Below, piece by piece: positions 24,668 to 41,495 of a DNA stretch of 64,000 nucleotides; the first letter of the stretch is position 1, and every line of letters begins with the position of its first letter. Under the pieces are notes generated by a model that did no database searches, was not told the origin of the DNA, and was given only the letters and a program-made list of their open reading frames with translations. This stretch comes from an uncultured Gammaproteobacteria bacterium (GTDB taxonomy: Bacteria; Pseudomonadota; Gammaproteobacteria; UBA9214), in the NCBI GenBank assembly GCA_963768415.1, contig CAVYHX010000014.1, positions 5,431 to 69,430 of the forward strand, given 5' to 3'. A program made the translations under genes and the position numbers.

Positions 24668-25423
24668 TCAGGCATTGGCTGCCTGTCCGATGGCAAGAAA
24701 GTCAGCGGGCTTGAGTGAAGCGCCGCCGATGAGACCGCCGTCAATATCCGCCATGGCAAGCAAATCAGCGGCGTTACCCGCATTCATACTGCCGCCGTAG
24801 AGTATCTGTACCTTGTCAGCGACGTCACTGTCCAGATCTGCCAGTTTCGTGCGAATGTATGCGTGCACATCCTGTGCCTGGTCCGGCGTAGCTGTCTTGC
24901 CGGTACCGATCGCCCAGACCGGTTCATAGGCAATCACCGCATCGCCCAGGGCTGCAATCCCTTCCAGGTCGATAACCGCGTCGAGCTGACGGGCGACGAT
25001 CTGCTCGGTAATACCCTGCTCGCGTTCTTGCAGCAATTCGCCGACACACAGGATCGGAACCAGACCGGCCTTGCGGGCAGCAGCAAACTTGCTCGCTGTG
25101 AATGCATCACTTTCACCGTAGATACTGCGCCGTTCCGAATGGCCGACGATGACGTACTTGCAACCGATATCAGTCAGCATACGCGGCGCCACCTCGCCGG
25201 TATAGGCACCGGACTCCTGATCGCTCACATCCTGGGCACCGACTGCGACAGCAGTCCCCGCCAGCTGGGCCACGACCTGTGGAATGTACACATAGGGCGG
25301 GCAGACGGCCATCGCGGCCGTCGACACCATATCCATGCCGGCCTTGATACCCGCAACAAGGTCCTCGATACCGGCCCGGGACCCGTTCATCTTCCAGTTG
25401 CCGGCTATCAACGGTTGACGCAT
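24668..25423 (-). CDS. tpiA: Triose-phosphate isomerase
   Basis: The ORF extends to 25435. The likely start is MRQPLIAGNWKMNG. It contains the ..GHSERR.. and ..AYEPVWAIGTG.. motifs. Confidence 0.95.
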   Translation of the reverse strand: MRQPLIAGNWKMNGSRAGIEDLVAGIKAGMDMVSTAAMAVCPPYVYIPQVVAQLAGTAVAVGAQDVSDQESGAYTGEVAPRMLTDIGCKYVIVGHSERRSIYGESDAFTASKFAAARKAGLVPILCVGELLQEREQGITEQIVARQLDAVIDLEGIAALGDAVIAYEPVWAIGTGKTATPDQAQDVHAYIRTKLADLDSDVADKVQILYGGSMNAGNAADLLAMADIDGGLIGGASLKPADFLAIGQAANA

Positions 25424-25573
25424 ATCGAACTCCAAATCAAAACAGGCCGGGTAGCTTAGCCATCCGGTCTGTAAAAATCAATTTCAAACAGGCAAATACC
25501 TGAATAAAAGGCAATTAGCTGGAAAAGGTTTTGCATCGGCAACGCTATACCGTCCACATTTACCGGTCACACC

Positions 25574-25927
25574 TCAATGCATGGTCTGGTTGGCCCCGAA
25601 GGCGGCGTGAAACCTGATATGCGCCGGTTCGGTCAATGCGCCGCGGGCGAACACTACCAGCAAGCCCTTGTCCGCCCGGCAAACGGCAATGACTTCCGAG
25701 TCCCCGTCCGTGTAGGAAATCACGTGATTCAGCTCCATGACCGGCACATCGGCCGTCGCCAGCTGCTGCAGAATACCAATCGACAGCGCGCGACACTCCG
25801 CCTGGGACACCGCGATGTCAAAATCCTTTAACACGGTATTGGGCCCGGCAACTGCAGGGCATGACACAACCAGCAGCAGGCAACGGCGCAGCCAGGCGGG
25901 AATTCCGGGCCTGGTACGGCGCATCAC
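25574..25927 (-). CDS. Hypothetical small exported protein
   Basis: 117-aa ORF with a signal-like N-terminus (RRCLLLVVSCPAVAG). I recognise no family. It lies between glmM and tpiA. Confidence 0.5.
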   Translation of the reverse strand: MMRRTRPGIPAWLRRCLLLVVSCPAVAGPNTVLKDFDIAVSQAECRALSIGILQQLATADVPVMELNHVISYTDGDSEVIAVCRADKGLLVVFARGALTEPAHIRFHAAFGANQTMH

Positions 25928-25974
25928 GCTGACTCGAAGGCGAATATCACGGCATGCAGACAGTCAGGCCTGCA

Positions 25975-27309
25975 TCAGACTGCAGCCGCGACAGCCGCGG
26001 CCAGATGACCGGCTTCCTCGATCACCTGCTTTTCATCCTCACCCTCGACCATGACGCGCACCACCGGCTCGGTGCCGGAGGGGCGCAACAGCACCCGTCC
26101 CTTGCCGGCCAGGCGACTCTCGACCGACTTCACCGCCTGCTGCACGGAAGGATCGTCATCCAGGTTGACCTTGCGCGTCAGGGGCACATTGATCATACGC
26201 TGGGGATACTTTCTCATGCCGGCCTTCAATTCATGCAGTGACTTGCCGCTCTGGACCATGGCGGCAAGTATCTGCAATGCAGAAACAATGCCGTCACCCG
26301 TCGTGGTACGGTCCAGGCAAATGATATGACCGGATGATTCACCACCAAGAATGCCGTCATGCGCTTTCAGCTGCTCCAGTACATAACGGTCACCGACACT
26401 GGCACGCTCAAAGCCGATATCATTTGACCGCAGGGCATGTTCCAGGCCGAGATTACTCATCAGCGTGCCTACCACCCTGCCATTCAGCGTGCCCTGCTGC
26501 TTGCGCGACAGCGCGATAATAAACAGCAGTTCATCGCCGTCGACCAGCTCACCCAGGTGGTCCACCATGATAATCCGGTCGCCGTCACCATCCAGCGCGA
26601 TACCTATATCTGCATGCTGATCCAGCACGGTGCGCCGTAACAGCCCGGTGTGGGTGGAGCCGCAGTCACGGTTGATATTCAGACCATCGGGCTCGTTGCC
26701 AATGGCAATGACTTCGGCTCCCAGCTCATCGAATACGCTGGGTGCGACATGGTAAGTCGCGCCATTGGCGCAATCGACCACGATCTTCAGGGTTTTCAGG
26801 GTCAGGCTGAGCGGGATCGTGCTCTTGCAGAATTCAATATAGCGACCGCCCGCATCATCGACACGCTCGGCCTTGCCCAGTTCCGCGGAAGCCACGGTGA
26901 CCATGGGCTGGTCCAGTTCGGCCTCGATTGCCAGTTCGATTGCCTCCGGCAGCTTGGTCCCCTCACCGGAGAAGAACTTGATACCGTTGTCGGCAAAGGC
27001 GTTGTGTGATGCGCTGATCACAATGCCGGCATCGGCATGCAGGGTGCGGGTAAGGTAGGCGATCGCCGGGGTCGGCATGGGACCGAGCAAACGGATATCG
27101 ACACCCGCAGCCGACAGGCCCGCCTCCAGCGCCGATTCGAACATATAGCCCGAAATGCGGGTGTCCTTGCCGATAATGACGAGATTGCCGCCGGCAGAGC
27201 TGAGCACGCGACCGGCGGCCCAGCCGAGCTTCAGCATAAATTCGGCAGTGATCGGGTGTTCCCCGACCCGGCCGCGAATACCATCTGTTCCGAAATATTT
27301 TTTGGACAC
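25975..27309 (-). CDS. glmM: Phosphoglucosamine mutase
   Basis: 444 aa, [17 protein letters not shown].., with the active-site ..[14 protein letters not shown]... Confidence 0.96.
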   Translation of the reverse strand: MSKKYFGTDGIRGRVGEHPITAEFMLKLGWAAGRVLSSAGGNLVIIGKDTRISGYMFESALEAGLSAAGVDIRLLGPMPTPAIAYLTRTLHADAGIVISASHNAFADNGIKFFSGEGTKLPEAIELAIEAELDQPMVTVASAELGKAERVDDAGGRYIEFCKSTIPLSLTLKTLKIVVDCANGATYHVAPSVFDELGAEVIAIGNEPDGLNINRDCGSTHTGLLRRTVLDQHADIGIALDGDGDRIIMVDHLGELVDGDELLFIIALSRKQQGTLNGRVVGTLMSNLGLEHALRSNDIGFERASVGDRYVLEQLKAHDGILGGESSGHIICLDRTTTGDGIVSALQILAAMVQSGKSLHELKAGMRKYPQRMINVPLTRKVNLDDDPSVQQAVKSVESRLAGKGRVLLRPSGTEPVVRVMVEGEDEKQVIEEAGHLAAAVAAAV

Positions 27310-27418
27310 GATTACCTCTTTACCGGCCTGAATGACAGATACCAGCCGGTACTTTCACCGCAGTGCGAGGCGTTCGGTCTGGATACCCGGGGTAAGTCTG
27401 GTTTACTTCATCCATCTT

Positions 27419-27446
27419 GTCACTGCGAGCACAGCGAAGCAATGAC
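27419..27446. repeat. Copy of the small palindromic repeat gtcaYtgcgagcacagcgaagcaat(gac)
   Basis: 24 of 25 positions match the sequence at 31833-31857 (one C/T difference). It can fold on itself (GTCACTGC..GCAATGAC). It lies between folP and glmM. Confidence 0.7.
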
Positions 27447-27453
27447 GGGTTAA

Positions 27454-28312
27454 TCAGTGCTTCCCGCAACTCACCGATTCCGCGCCGACGTCCCTGACTG
27501 CCTGACACATACACACGGCCTCACGGGTTGCGCGCACATCATGGCAGCGCACGATAGCCGCCCCCTGCCACACAGCCAGTACCGCGAGGGCGATGCCCGG
27601 GTACAGTCTGTCATCGACATCGAGACCAAGAACTTTACCGATCAGCGACTTGCGTGACAGGCCCACCAGCACCGGGTAACCTTCCGCAACCAGCCGGTGC
27701 AGGTGTCGCAGTAACAGCAGATTGTGCTCCACCGTCTTGCCGAACCCGAAACCCGGATCCAGGATAATCTGTGCGGGGTCGATACCGGCCCCGGTACACG
27801 CCGCGGCGCGCTCCACCAGAAAGCGTCTCACTTCAGCGACGACATCAGCGATATTCCGGATTAACCTGCATGTCTTCGGGGGTGCCCTGCATGTGCATGA
27901 GGCACACCGGCACCCCCAGGCTTGCCGCCACCTCCAGTGCGCCGGGCGCCTGCAGTGCATGGACATCATTGATCAACCCGGCACCGGCAGCGACAGCCGC
28001 CTGCATGACTTCGGGTTTGCGGGTATCGATGGAAACCGGTACCGGAATGGTCTGCACCAGCGCGTCGATGACCGGCAGGACACGGTGCAATTCTTCGGCA
28101 ACCGGTACGTGTGCTGCGCCCGGCCGGGTGGATTCACCGCCCACATCGATGATGGCGGCGCCCTCCTCAACCATGCTGCGGGCACGGGCAACGGCTTTTT
28201 CAACAGGCAAAAAATCACCCCCGTCCGAAAAGGAGTCGGGGGTGATGTTCAAAACACCCATGATGGCGGGTTGACCCAGGTCCAGTGGCTTACCGGCACA
28301 GTCCAGGATCAT
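27454..28312 (-). pseudogene. folP: Dihydropteroate synthase, reading frame broken by one extra base near 27846-27850
   Basis: Two overlapping ORFs (27845-28312 and 27454-27969) together make a full FolP. The first ends ..MHMQGTPEDMQVNPEYR* and the frame-shifted continuation reads (R)NIADVVAEVRRFLVE..DPGFGFGK... This is collinear with E. coli ..MQEAPKYDDVFAEVNRYF... Confidence 0.9.
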
Positions 28313-28367
28313 GGCTGCTGTCAGCGCCGTTTCCGTAGCCGCAAGGTCCTGTCAGGCGCCGGCTATC

Positions 28368-30293
28368 CTAATGCTGACCAGCCGGACCACCGATCTTGGT
28401 ATCCGATTTACTGTCCGTGTCCTTGGGAGCGGCCGAATCACCCGAGCTGGCGGTCGGCTCGGTATCATCCCAGTCCTGTGGCGGGCGCGGCGGTTTGCCT
28501 GCCATGATATCGTCGATCTGGTGGCTGTCGATGGTCTCGTACTTCATCAGGGCATCGGCCATCAGGTGCAACTTGTCGATGTTTTCCTTGAGGATCTCTT
28601 CCGCACGCGCATAGGCGCGGTCGATGATCTGCCGGATTTCCTTATCGATATCGTGGGCGGTTTCATCCGAGACCGCCTTGTGCTGCGCAACAGAATGGCC
28701 CAGGAAGACCTCTTCCTGTTCGTCACTGTAGGTCAATGGCCCCAGCTTTTCGGAAAGCCCCCACTTGGTCACCATGTTGCGCGCCAGTTCGGTACTGCGC
28801 ATGATGTCGTTGGACGCGCCGGTTGTCACCTTGTCCGGACCAAAGACCAGCTCTTCGGCGATACGCCCGCCGAACAGGCTGCAAATCTGGCTCTCCAGGA
28901 ATTCCTTGCTGTGGCTGTAACGGTCAGCCTCCGGCAGGAACATGGTGATGCCCAGGGCACGTCCACGCGGAATGATCGAGACTTTGTAGACCGGGTCATG
29001 TGACGGCATACTCCGGCCGACGATGGCATGTCCGGCTTCATGATAGGCGGTGAGTTTCTTTTCGTCCTCGCTCATGACCATGGAGCGCCGCTCGGTGCCC
29101 ATCATGATCTTGTCCTTGGCTTTCTCCAGGTCTTCCATCTCGACCAGACGCTTGTTTGCACGGGCGGCAAACAGGGCGGCCTCGTTGACCAGGTTGGCCA
29201 GGTCCGCGCCGGAGAATCCCGGGGTACCGCGCGCGATGATGCTGGCCTGGGCATTATCGGCCATCGGCACCTTGCGCATATGGACCTTCAGAATCTGTTC
29301 GCGACCGCGCACATCCGGCAACGGCACCACGACCTGGCGGTCAAAACGGCCCGGCCGCAGCAGCGCCGGGTCCAGCACATCCGGCCGGTTGGTGGCCGCG
29401 ATGACGATGACACCTTCATTGCCCTCGAATCCGTCCATTTCGACCAGCAGCTGATTCAGGGTCTGCTCGCGTTCGTCATGACCACCGCCGAGTCCGGCGC
29501 CACGGTGGCGGCCGACGGCGTCGATCTCGTCAATGAAGATAATGCAGGGGGCGTGCTTCTTGGCCTGTTCGAACATATCGCGGACGCGGGATGCGCCGAC
29601 ACCGACGAACATCTCGACGAAATCCGAACCCGATATCGTAAAGAAAGGCACCTTGGCTTCCCCGGCAATGGCCTTGGCCAGCAAGGTCTTGCCGGTACCC
29701 GGAGAACCGACCATGAGCACACCGCTGGGGATTTTGCCGCCGAGACGCTGGAACTTGGTCGGGTCCCGCAGAAATTCAACCAGTTCGGCGACTTCTTCCT
29801 TGGCTTCCTCGACACCGGCAACATCGGCGAAGGTCAGCTTCACCTGGTCCTCGCCCAGCATGCGCGCCTTGCTTTTGCCGAATGACATGGCGCCACGGCC
29901 GCCGGCGCCGCCCTGCATCTGGCGCATGAAGAATATCCATACACCGATCAGCAACAGCATCGGGAACCAGGAAATAAAGATCTGCATCAGCAGGGATTGC
30001 TGACCCGGCGACTTGACCTTCACCTCGACATTGTTATTCAGCAGGTCATCGACCATTTTCGGGTCATCGGGCGGTGTTTGCGTCAGGAAGCGACTGCCAT
30101 CACTGCGCGTACCTTCCACGGTATGGTCTTCAATCTCCACCCGCTGCACCTGGCCCTGCTGGACCTCGGTAATGAATTCCGAATAGGAAATCGTCTGGGT
30201 ACTGGATGTGGTGGGACCGAAATTATTGAACACCGACATCAATACGACTGCGATGACAATCCAGAGAATTATATTTTTTGCCAAATCGTTCAA
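28368..30293 (-). CDS. ftsH: ATP-dependent zinc metalloprotease FtsH
   Basis: 641 aa with Walker A GPPGTGKT.. (here [13 protein letters not shown]) and the HEAGH zinc motif. Confidence 0.97.
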   Translation of the reverse strand: MNDLAKNIILWIVIAVVLMSVFNNFGPTTSSTQTISYSEFITEVQQGQVQRVEIEDHTVEGTRSDGSRFLTQTPPDDPKMVDDLLNNNVEVKVKSPGQQSLLMQIFISWFPMLLLIGVWIFFMRQMQGGAGGRGAMSFGKSKARMLGEDQVKLTFADVAGVEEAKEEVAELVEFLRDPTKFQRLGGKIPSGVLMVGSPGTGKTLLAKAIAGEAKVPFFTISGSDFVEMFVGVGASRVRDMFEQAKKHAPCIIFIDEIDAVGRHRGAGLGGGHDEREQTLNQLLVEMDGFEGNEGVIVIAATNRPDVLDPALLRPGRFDRQVVVPLPDVRGREQILKVHMRKVPMADNAQASIIARGTPGFSGADLANLVNEAALFAARANKRLVEMEDLEKAKDKIMMGTERRSMVMSEDEKKLTAYHEAGHAIVGRSMPSHDPVYKVSIIPRGRALGITMFLPEADRYSHSKEFLESQICSLFGGRIAEELVFGPDKVTTGASNDIMRSTELARNMVTKWGLSEKLGPLTYSDEQEEVFLGHSVAQHKAVSDETAHDIDKEIRQIIDRAYARAEEILKENIDKLHLMADALMKYETIDSHQIDDIMAGKPPRPPQDWDDTEPTASSGDSAAPKDTDSKSDTKIGGPAGQH

Positions 30294-30376
30294 ACCGGCT
30301 ACCTCGATTTACAACTGTTGAGTGTCATGCAGCTACAGACAGGCTCTTCGGCATAAAAAAAGCATGTCTTTAATTA

Positions 30377-31009
30377 TTATGACACATTCGCCTTGCGGCG
30401 GCCCTGTGCCAGTACATACACCTCACGACTGCGCGGACGCGAGGCTTTGGGTTTACGTATCAAGACCTTGCGGTACTGACTGCGCAGATCCCGGATGAGG
30501 ATATCAAAACCTTCACCCTGAAATGCCTTGAACAGAAAATCACCACCGTCCACCAGTACTTTGGCGGCAAAATCAGCCGCAAGTTCCACCAGATACATGC
30601 TGCGGGGCTGATCGACTGCGTCCATGCCACTGATATTGGGGGCCATATCGGACATTACAAGGTCCACACTCGAACTATCGAGATTTTCCATTGTTAAATC
30701 AACGACTTTTTGCTCGGTGAAATCGCCCTGCAGGAAATCGACCCCGGGGAGATCTGCCATGGGCAGGATATCCAGTGCCATGATGCGGCCCCGGTCCCGC
30801 AACTGCTGCGCCGCATACTGCGACCAGCCGCCCGGCGCTGCACCCAGGTCGACGACCGTCATACCGGGCTTCAGGATATGGTACTTGCGCTGAATCTCTT
30901 CGAGCTTGTACACCGCACGCGAGCGATATCCCTCGCGCTGGGCGCGTTTGACGTACTCATCGTCAAAATGCGATTTCAGCCAGCGCTTGCTGCTCTTTGA
31001 TCTGGCCAT
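30377..31009 (-). CDS. rlmE: 23S rRNA (uridine2552-2'-O)-methyltransferase
   Basis: 210 aa, ..[30 protein letters not shown]... It lies upstream of ftsH. Confidence 0.95.
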   Translation of the reverse strand: MARSKSSKRWLKSHFDDEYVKRAQREGYRSRAVYKLEEIQRKYHILKPGMTVVDLGAAPGGWSQYAAQQLRDRGRIMALDILPMADLPGVDFLQGDFTEQKVVDLTMENLDSSSVDLVMSDMAPNISGMDAVDQPRSMYLVELAADFAAKVLVDGGDFLFKAFQGEGFDILIRDLRSQYRKVLIRKPKASRPRSREVYVLAQGRRKANVS

Positions 31010-31077
31010 ATCGCGGCGTCCACCCCTGTCTGTCCGTACTCACAATTCCGTATAATGACAACTGTTCACAGGAAATT

Positions 31078-31356
31078 ATGACCATGTCCCTGCCAGAAAC
31101 ACAAAAACGCGAACTGCGTGGCCGCGGTCACAGCCTCAAACCGGTTGTCACCATCGGCAACGCCGGCCTGAATAAGTCAGTACTGCGCGAACTGGACCTC
31201 TCGCTGGAACACCATGAATTGATGAAAATCCGCGTCACCGGAGCGGACCGTGAAGCGCGCAAGCACATTATCGAGCAGGTCTGCGCCAACTGCCATGCCG
31301 CGCTGATTCAGGCGGTCGGCCATATTGCCCTGATTTATCGTGAACGCAAGGACTGA
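31078..31356 (+). CDS. yhbY: RNA-binding protein YhbY (CRM domain)
   Basis: MTMSLPETQKRELRGRGHSLKPVVTIGNAGLNKSVLRELDLSLEHHELMKIRV is collinear with E. coli YhbY. It is divergent from rlmE. Confidence 0.9.
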   Translation: MTMSLPETQKRELRGRGHSLKPVVTIGNAGLNKSVLRELDLSLEHHELMKIRVTGADREARKHIIEQVCANCHAALIQAVGHIALIYRERKD

Positions 31357-31781
31357 CTCGCGACGACCAGATACAAACCCAGTAAACAGTTCATCAGAAA
31401 CAGGATACTGGCGACACCATGCAGCTGCCCGAAACGGGCGTCCCCGGACAGTCCTTCTGCACGCAGCTGCGCAAGCATCGGAGCAAGCAAAAACTCTCCG
31501 GCCAGTACGATCAGCAGCATGAGACAAATAACCACCGGGCGCCAGCCCATGCTCCCGCCCGCCCGCCTGCCGATCCAGTACAGCAACAGCAGCAGGCTGC
31601 CGCAGAGCAGGCCGGCGTAATTCATTACGGTAAATATATGACCGGCCAGTGTCCCGGCCAGCGCGCGATCATCCAGTGTCGCAAACAGCATCGGGGCAAC
31701 GATAAATCCGCTTGTCCACAGGCCGCCGACCCAGAAGGTCAGCAGTACGCGTTCGGCTGCGCATGAGAATTTAGCGGGCAT
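31335..31781 (-). CDS. DUF4149-type (TMEM205-like) membrane protein
   Basis: 148-aa ORF with four transmembrane segments. It occupies the same position, between yhbY and greA, as the equivalent Pseudomonas gene. The family assignment is from memory of the sequence pattern. Confidence 0.6.
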   Translation of the reverse strand: MPAKFSCAAERVLLTFWVGGLWTSGFIVAPMLFATLDDRALAGTLAGHIFTVMNYAGLLCGSLLLLLYWIGRRAGGSMGWRPVVICLMLLIVLAGEFLLAPMLAQLRAEGLSGDARFGQLHGVASILFLMNCLLGLYLVVASQSLRSR

Positions 31782-31832
31782 GTTGCAATGTTAAAGGCGC
31801 TTTTTTATCCCGGAGAAACCCCGGAATTCTCC

Positions 31833-32004
31833 GTCATTGCGAGCACAGCGAAGCAATCTCCAGGCACTCGATAATACTTTATGAGATTGCCGCGCTGGCC
31901 GCTCCCGGCATGGCCCAGGCCAGCTTCTCGACCGGTTCCCGGTCTCACCTTCTCCATGCCTCCCACGGCACTTGTACTTCCATATACATCGCGCTCGCAA
32001 TGAC
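31833..32004. repeat. MITE/REP-like element with 12-bp terminal inverted repeats (gtcattgcgagc ... gctcgcaatgac)
   Basis: Arms at 31833-31844 and 31993-32004 are perfectly complementary. The left end repeats the 27419-27446 motif. It lies just downstream of the greA stop. Confidence 0.65.
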
Positions 32005-32451
32005 GAACACTAGATGTAAAGAACCTCGATGATCTCCAGACTGCGTTCGCCGCCGGGGACCTGCACACTGACCACATCGCCTTCGACGCGGGTAATCAGT
32101 GCCCGCGCGATCGGCGAGTTGATAGAGATCCTGCCAACCTTGATATCGGCTTCGTCCTCACCGACGATCTGGTAGGTAATGGTTTCTTCGGTATCTTCAT
32201 CCATCAGTTCGACCGTGCAGCCGAATACGACCTTGCCATTCGCATCCAGCGCAGTGACATCGACAATATGGGCATGACTCAATTTGCCCTCGATATCCTT
32301 GATCCGGCCCTCGGCAAAACTCTGCTGCTCGCGCGCAGCATGGTATTCCGCGTTTTCCTTCAAGTCCCCGTGCGCACGCGCCTCGGCTATCGCCTGGATA
32401 ATGCGTGGACGATCGACTGTCTTCAAACGCACCAGTTCCGCGCGCAGTTTT

Positions 32452-35709
<3,258 letters not shown>

Positions 35710-35847
35710 AGTATCGATCAGCCGCTGACGGCAACGGGACAATAGCGCGGCATCATGTCCGGCACCGGTCCTGTATGCGCCGGGTCGCTCGTAACGGGCA
35801 GTGAATACGTGGTCATTACATCTATATCCTGCCCTGTGTGAGCGCGC

Positions 35848-36984
35848 TCAATTACGCTTTTCCATCAGCTCGATGAACCGGTCGAACAGGTGTGCGACAT
35901 CATGGGGGCCGGGGCTGGCTTCCGGATGACCCTGAAAACTGAATGCCGGACAGTCGCTGCGCACCACGCCCTGCAGTGATCCATCGAAGAGTGAACGATG
36001 TGTTGCCACGAGATTATCCGGGAGACTCTCTTCGGCCACCGCAAAACCGTGGTTCTGGCTGGTAATCATGACCTGTTTTCCGGACAGGTCCTGCACCGGG
36101 TGATTGGCACCGTGATGCCCGAATTTCATCTTGACTGTCTGTGCACCGCTGGCCAGCGCGAGTAGCTGGTGCCCGAGGCAGATGCCGAAGACCGGGATTT
36201 GCGTAGCCAGGAGTTCCCGAATAGCCGCAATGGCATAATCACACGGCTCCGGGTCACCGGGCCCGTTGGAGAGGAATATCCCGTCCGGCTGCAGCGCCAG
36301 CACCTCACCCGCCGGGGTCATGGCCGGTACCACCGTCAACCGGCAACCACGGTCAACCAGCATGCGCAGGATGTTGCGCTTTACACCAAAGTCGTAGGCC
36401 ACCACGTGATGGGTAAATGCCTCCACCGGCAGCTGCTCCGGCAACCCGTCTGCCAGCGACCAGGTGCCCTGCCGCCACGTGTACGTCGCCGTGGTAGTGA
36501 CCTCCCTGGCCAGGTCCATGCCTTTCAATCCGGGGAACGCCCGTGCCATTTCCAGCGCGGCGGCCGGATCGACAGCTTCCCCGGCCACCAGGCAACCACT
36601 CTGGGCACCCTTTTCCCGCAGGATGCGCGTCAGGCGGCGGGTATCGATATCAGCGATGCCAATCACATTGCGCTGCACCAGATAGTCTTCCAGCGCAGCA
36701 TGGCTGCGCCAGTTGCTGACCCGCAGCGGCAGATCGCGGATGACCAGGCCGGCACAATGAATGTCAGCGGCTTCATCATCTTCCGGGTTGGTACCCACAT
36801 TGCCGATGTGGGGATAAGTGAGGGTGACGATCTGGCGTGCGTACGAGGGGTCGGTGAGGATCTCCTGATAACCCGTCATGGCGGTATTGAATACCACCTC
36901 TCCGCTGATATGACCTTCAGCACCAATAGAAACGCCCCGGAACAGACTTCCGTCTTGCAAAGCCAACAGGGCCGGTTTCCTCAA
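35848..36984 (-). CDS. carA: Carbamoyl-phosphate synthase small (glutaminase) subunit
   Basis: 378 aa with a TTG start preceded by GGAGG. It contains ..[17 protein letters not shown].. and the GATase catalytic sequence ..GICLGHQLL... Confidence 0.95.
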   Translation of the reverse strand: MRKPALLALQDGSLFRGVSIGAEGHISGEVVFNTAMTGYQEILTDPSYARQIVTLTYPHIGNVGTNPEDDEAADIHCAGLVIRDLPLRVSNWRSHAALEDYLVQRNVIGIADIDTRRLTRILREKGAQSGCLVAGEAVDPAAALEMARAFPGLKGMDLAREVTTTATYTWRQGTWSLADGLPEQLPVEAFTHHVVAYDFGVKRNILRMLVDRGCRLTVVPAMTPAGEVLALQPDGIFLSNGPGDPEPCDYAIAAIRELLATQIPVFGICLGHQLLALASGAQTVKMKFGHHGANHPVQDLSGKQVMITSQNHGFAVAEESLPDNLVATHRSLFDGSLQGVVRSDCPAFSFQGHPEASPGPHDVAHLFDRFIELMEKRN

Positions 36985-37006
36985 GAAGACCTCCGCGTCT
37001 GGACGT

Positions 37007-37042
37007 ACAAAACGGGAGGGTCCCCGGCGGAATCCTCCCGTT
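37007..37042 (-). promoter_or_regulatory. Hairpin plus short U-tract in the carA leader. It could be an attenuator, or a weak dapB terminator.
   Basis: The minus strand reads AACGGGAGG-N14-CCTCCCGTT followed by TTGT, ending about 22 nt before the carA TTG start. Confidence 0.35.
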
Positions 37043-37159
37043 CTGGATACTGCAATGAACTGCCTGAAATCGTGCCGGAATTGTACTGGATCCGGACGGG
37101 GGCTGTCTATGCGTGACGCATGAGCTGACTGCTTGTACGTCTATTTAAAAATTTTATGA

Positions 37160-38153
<994 letters not shown>

Positions 38154-38193
38154 TCCTTATCTCACCGTATGCGCGACATTAACGGGTGACCAC

Positions 38194-39336
38194 TCAACCC
38201 GCCAGGTCATCGAAAAATTTCTTTACTCCATCCAGCCAGGAATGCGCCTGCGGGTTGTGACGGCTGCCGCCCTCCTCCATCTGGCCGGCAAATTCCTTTA
38301 ACAGGTCTTTTTGTTTGCGGTTCAGCTTGACGGGTGTTTCCACGCTCACCTTGCAGATCAGGTCACCGACCGCGCCACCGCGCACCGGTTTCACACCCTT
38401 GCTACGCATGCGAAACATCCTGCCGGTCTGGGTCTCCGCCGGTATTTTCAGGTTCACACGGCCATTCAGTGTCGGCACCTCCAGTTCGCCCCCGAGCGCC
38501 GCCGTGACAAAGCTGATCGGAACCTCGCAATAGAGATGGTTGTCTTCGCGCCGGAAAATAGGGTGCTCCTTGACCTGGATCTGGACATACAGATCACCGG
38601 GAGGACCGCCGCTCTCGCCGGCTTCACCTTCTCCGGACAGGCGGATCCGGTCACCGGTATCCACGCCTGCCGGCACCTTCACAGACAGGGTCTTGCGTTC
38701 CTGTACCCGGCCCTGTCCCTGGCATTTCGTACACGGGTCGGTAATGATGGTGCCGTTGCCGCGACACCGCGGACAGGTCTGTTGCAGGGAAAAGAAACCC
38801 TGCTGCATGCGTACCTGTCCCTGCCCGCCACAGGTTGAACAGGTCGTCGGGCTGCTGCCCTTGCGCGCACCGCTGCCGTCACAGGCATCACAGGCGACCA
38901 GCGTCGGCACGCGGATCTTGACCTCGGTTCCGGCAACGGCATCCTCCAGCGACAACTCCAGGTTATAGCGCAGGTCCGAACCGCGGTAGACGCGCTGACC
39001 GCCGCCGCGACCGCCGCGGCCACCGCCGAAAATGTCACCGAATACATCGCCAAAGATATCATTGAAATTGGCCCCGGCACCGGCACCGGCACCGCCGCCC
39101 CCCATCGACGGGTCTACACCGGCATGCCCGAACTGGTCATACGCGGCACGCTTGCGCGTGTCACTGAGCACTTCCCAGGCCTCCTTGCACTCCTTGAATT
39201 TCTCCTCGGCTTCCTTGTTGTCCGGGTTCCGGTCCGGATGATGTTTCTGGGCCGCACGCCGATAGGCCTTTTTCAGATCGGCCTCGCTCGAGTTCTTCGA
39301 CACACCCAGTACTTCGTAATAATCGCGTTTCGCCAT
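38194..39336 (-). CDS. dnaJ: Molecular chaperone DnaJ
   Basis: The ORF extends to 39417. The likely start is [12 protein letters not shown].. (J domain with HPD). There is a Gly-rich region and four CxxCxGxG zinc-finger repeats. Confidence 0.96.
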   Translation of the reverse strand: MAKRDYYEVLGVSKNSSEADLKKAYRRAAQKHHPDRNPDNKEAEEKFKECKEAWEVLSDTRKRAAYDQFGHAGVDPSMGGGGAGAGAGANFNDIFGDVFGDIFGGGRGGRGGGQRVYRGSDLRYNLELSLEDAVAGTEVKIRVPTLVACDACDGSGARKGSSPTTCSTCGGQGQVRMQQGFFSLQQTCPRCRGNGTIITDPCTKCQGQGRVQERKTLSVKVPAGVDTGDRIRLSGEGEAGESGGPPGDLYVQIQVKEHPIFRREDNHLYCEVPISFVTAALGGELEVPTLNGRVNLKIPAETQTGRMFRMRSKGVKPVRGGAVGDLICKVSVETPVKLNRKQKDLLKEFAGQMEEGGSRHNPQAHSWLDGVKKFFDDLAG

Positions 39337-39461
39337 GGCATTTACAGCTTCTATTGTGTCCAGCTCATTGAATTCAATTAGTCCCGTCCTTTTGCAACAA
39401 AGGCCCGGACCCGGCAACTGCCGGATCCGGACCTGTCATCTCCCGGGAATGTCTGCCGCCG

Positions 39462-41390
<1,929 letters not shown>

Positions 41391-41456
41391 TTTCTCGATT
41401 CTCCGTGTAACTACATGATATACATAAAGATGACTTTGACTCTCTATTACCCCTCT

Positions 41457-41485
41457 AGATGGGGGTAATCGTTCCTGAATTCAAG
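41457..41485 (-). promoter_or_regulatory. Sigma-32 (RpoH)-type heat-shock promoter for dnaK
   Basis: The minus strand reads CTTGAA-ttcaggaacgatta-CCCCCATCT. The consensus is CTTGAA-N13-15-CCCCATnT. It lies in the grpE-dnaK gap, about 65 nt upstream of the dnaK ATG. Confidence 0.65.
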
Positions 41486-41495
41486 TGCGTGCGCT

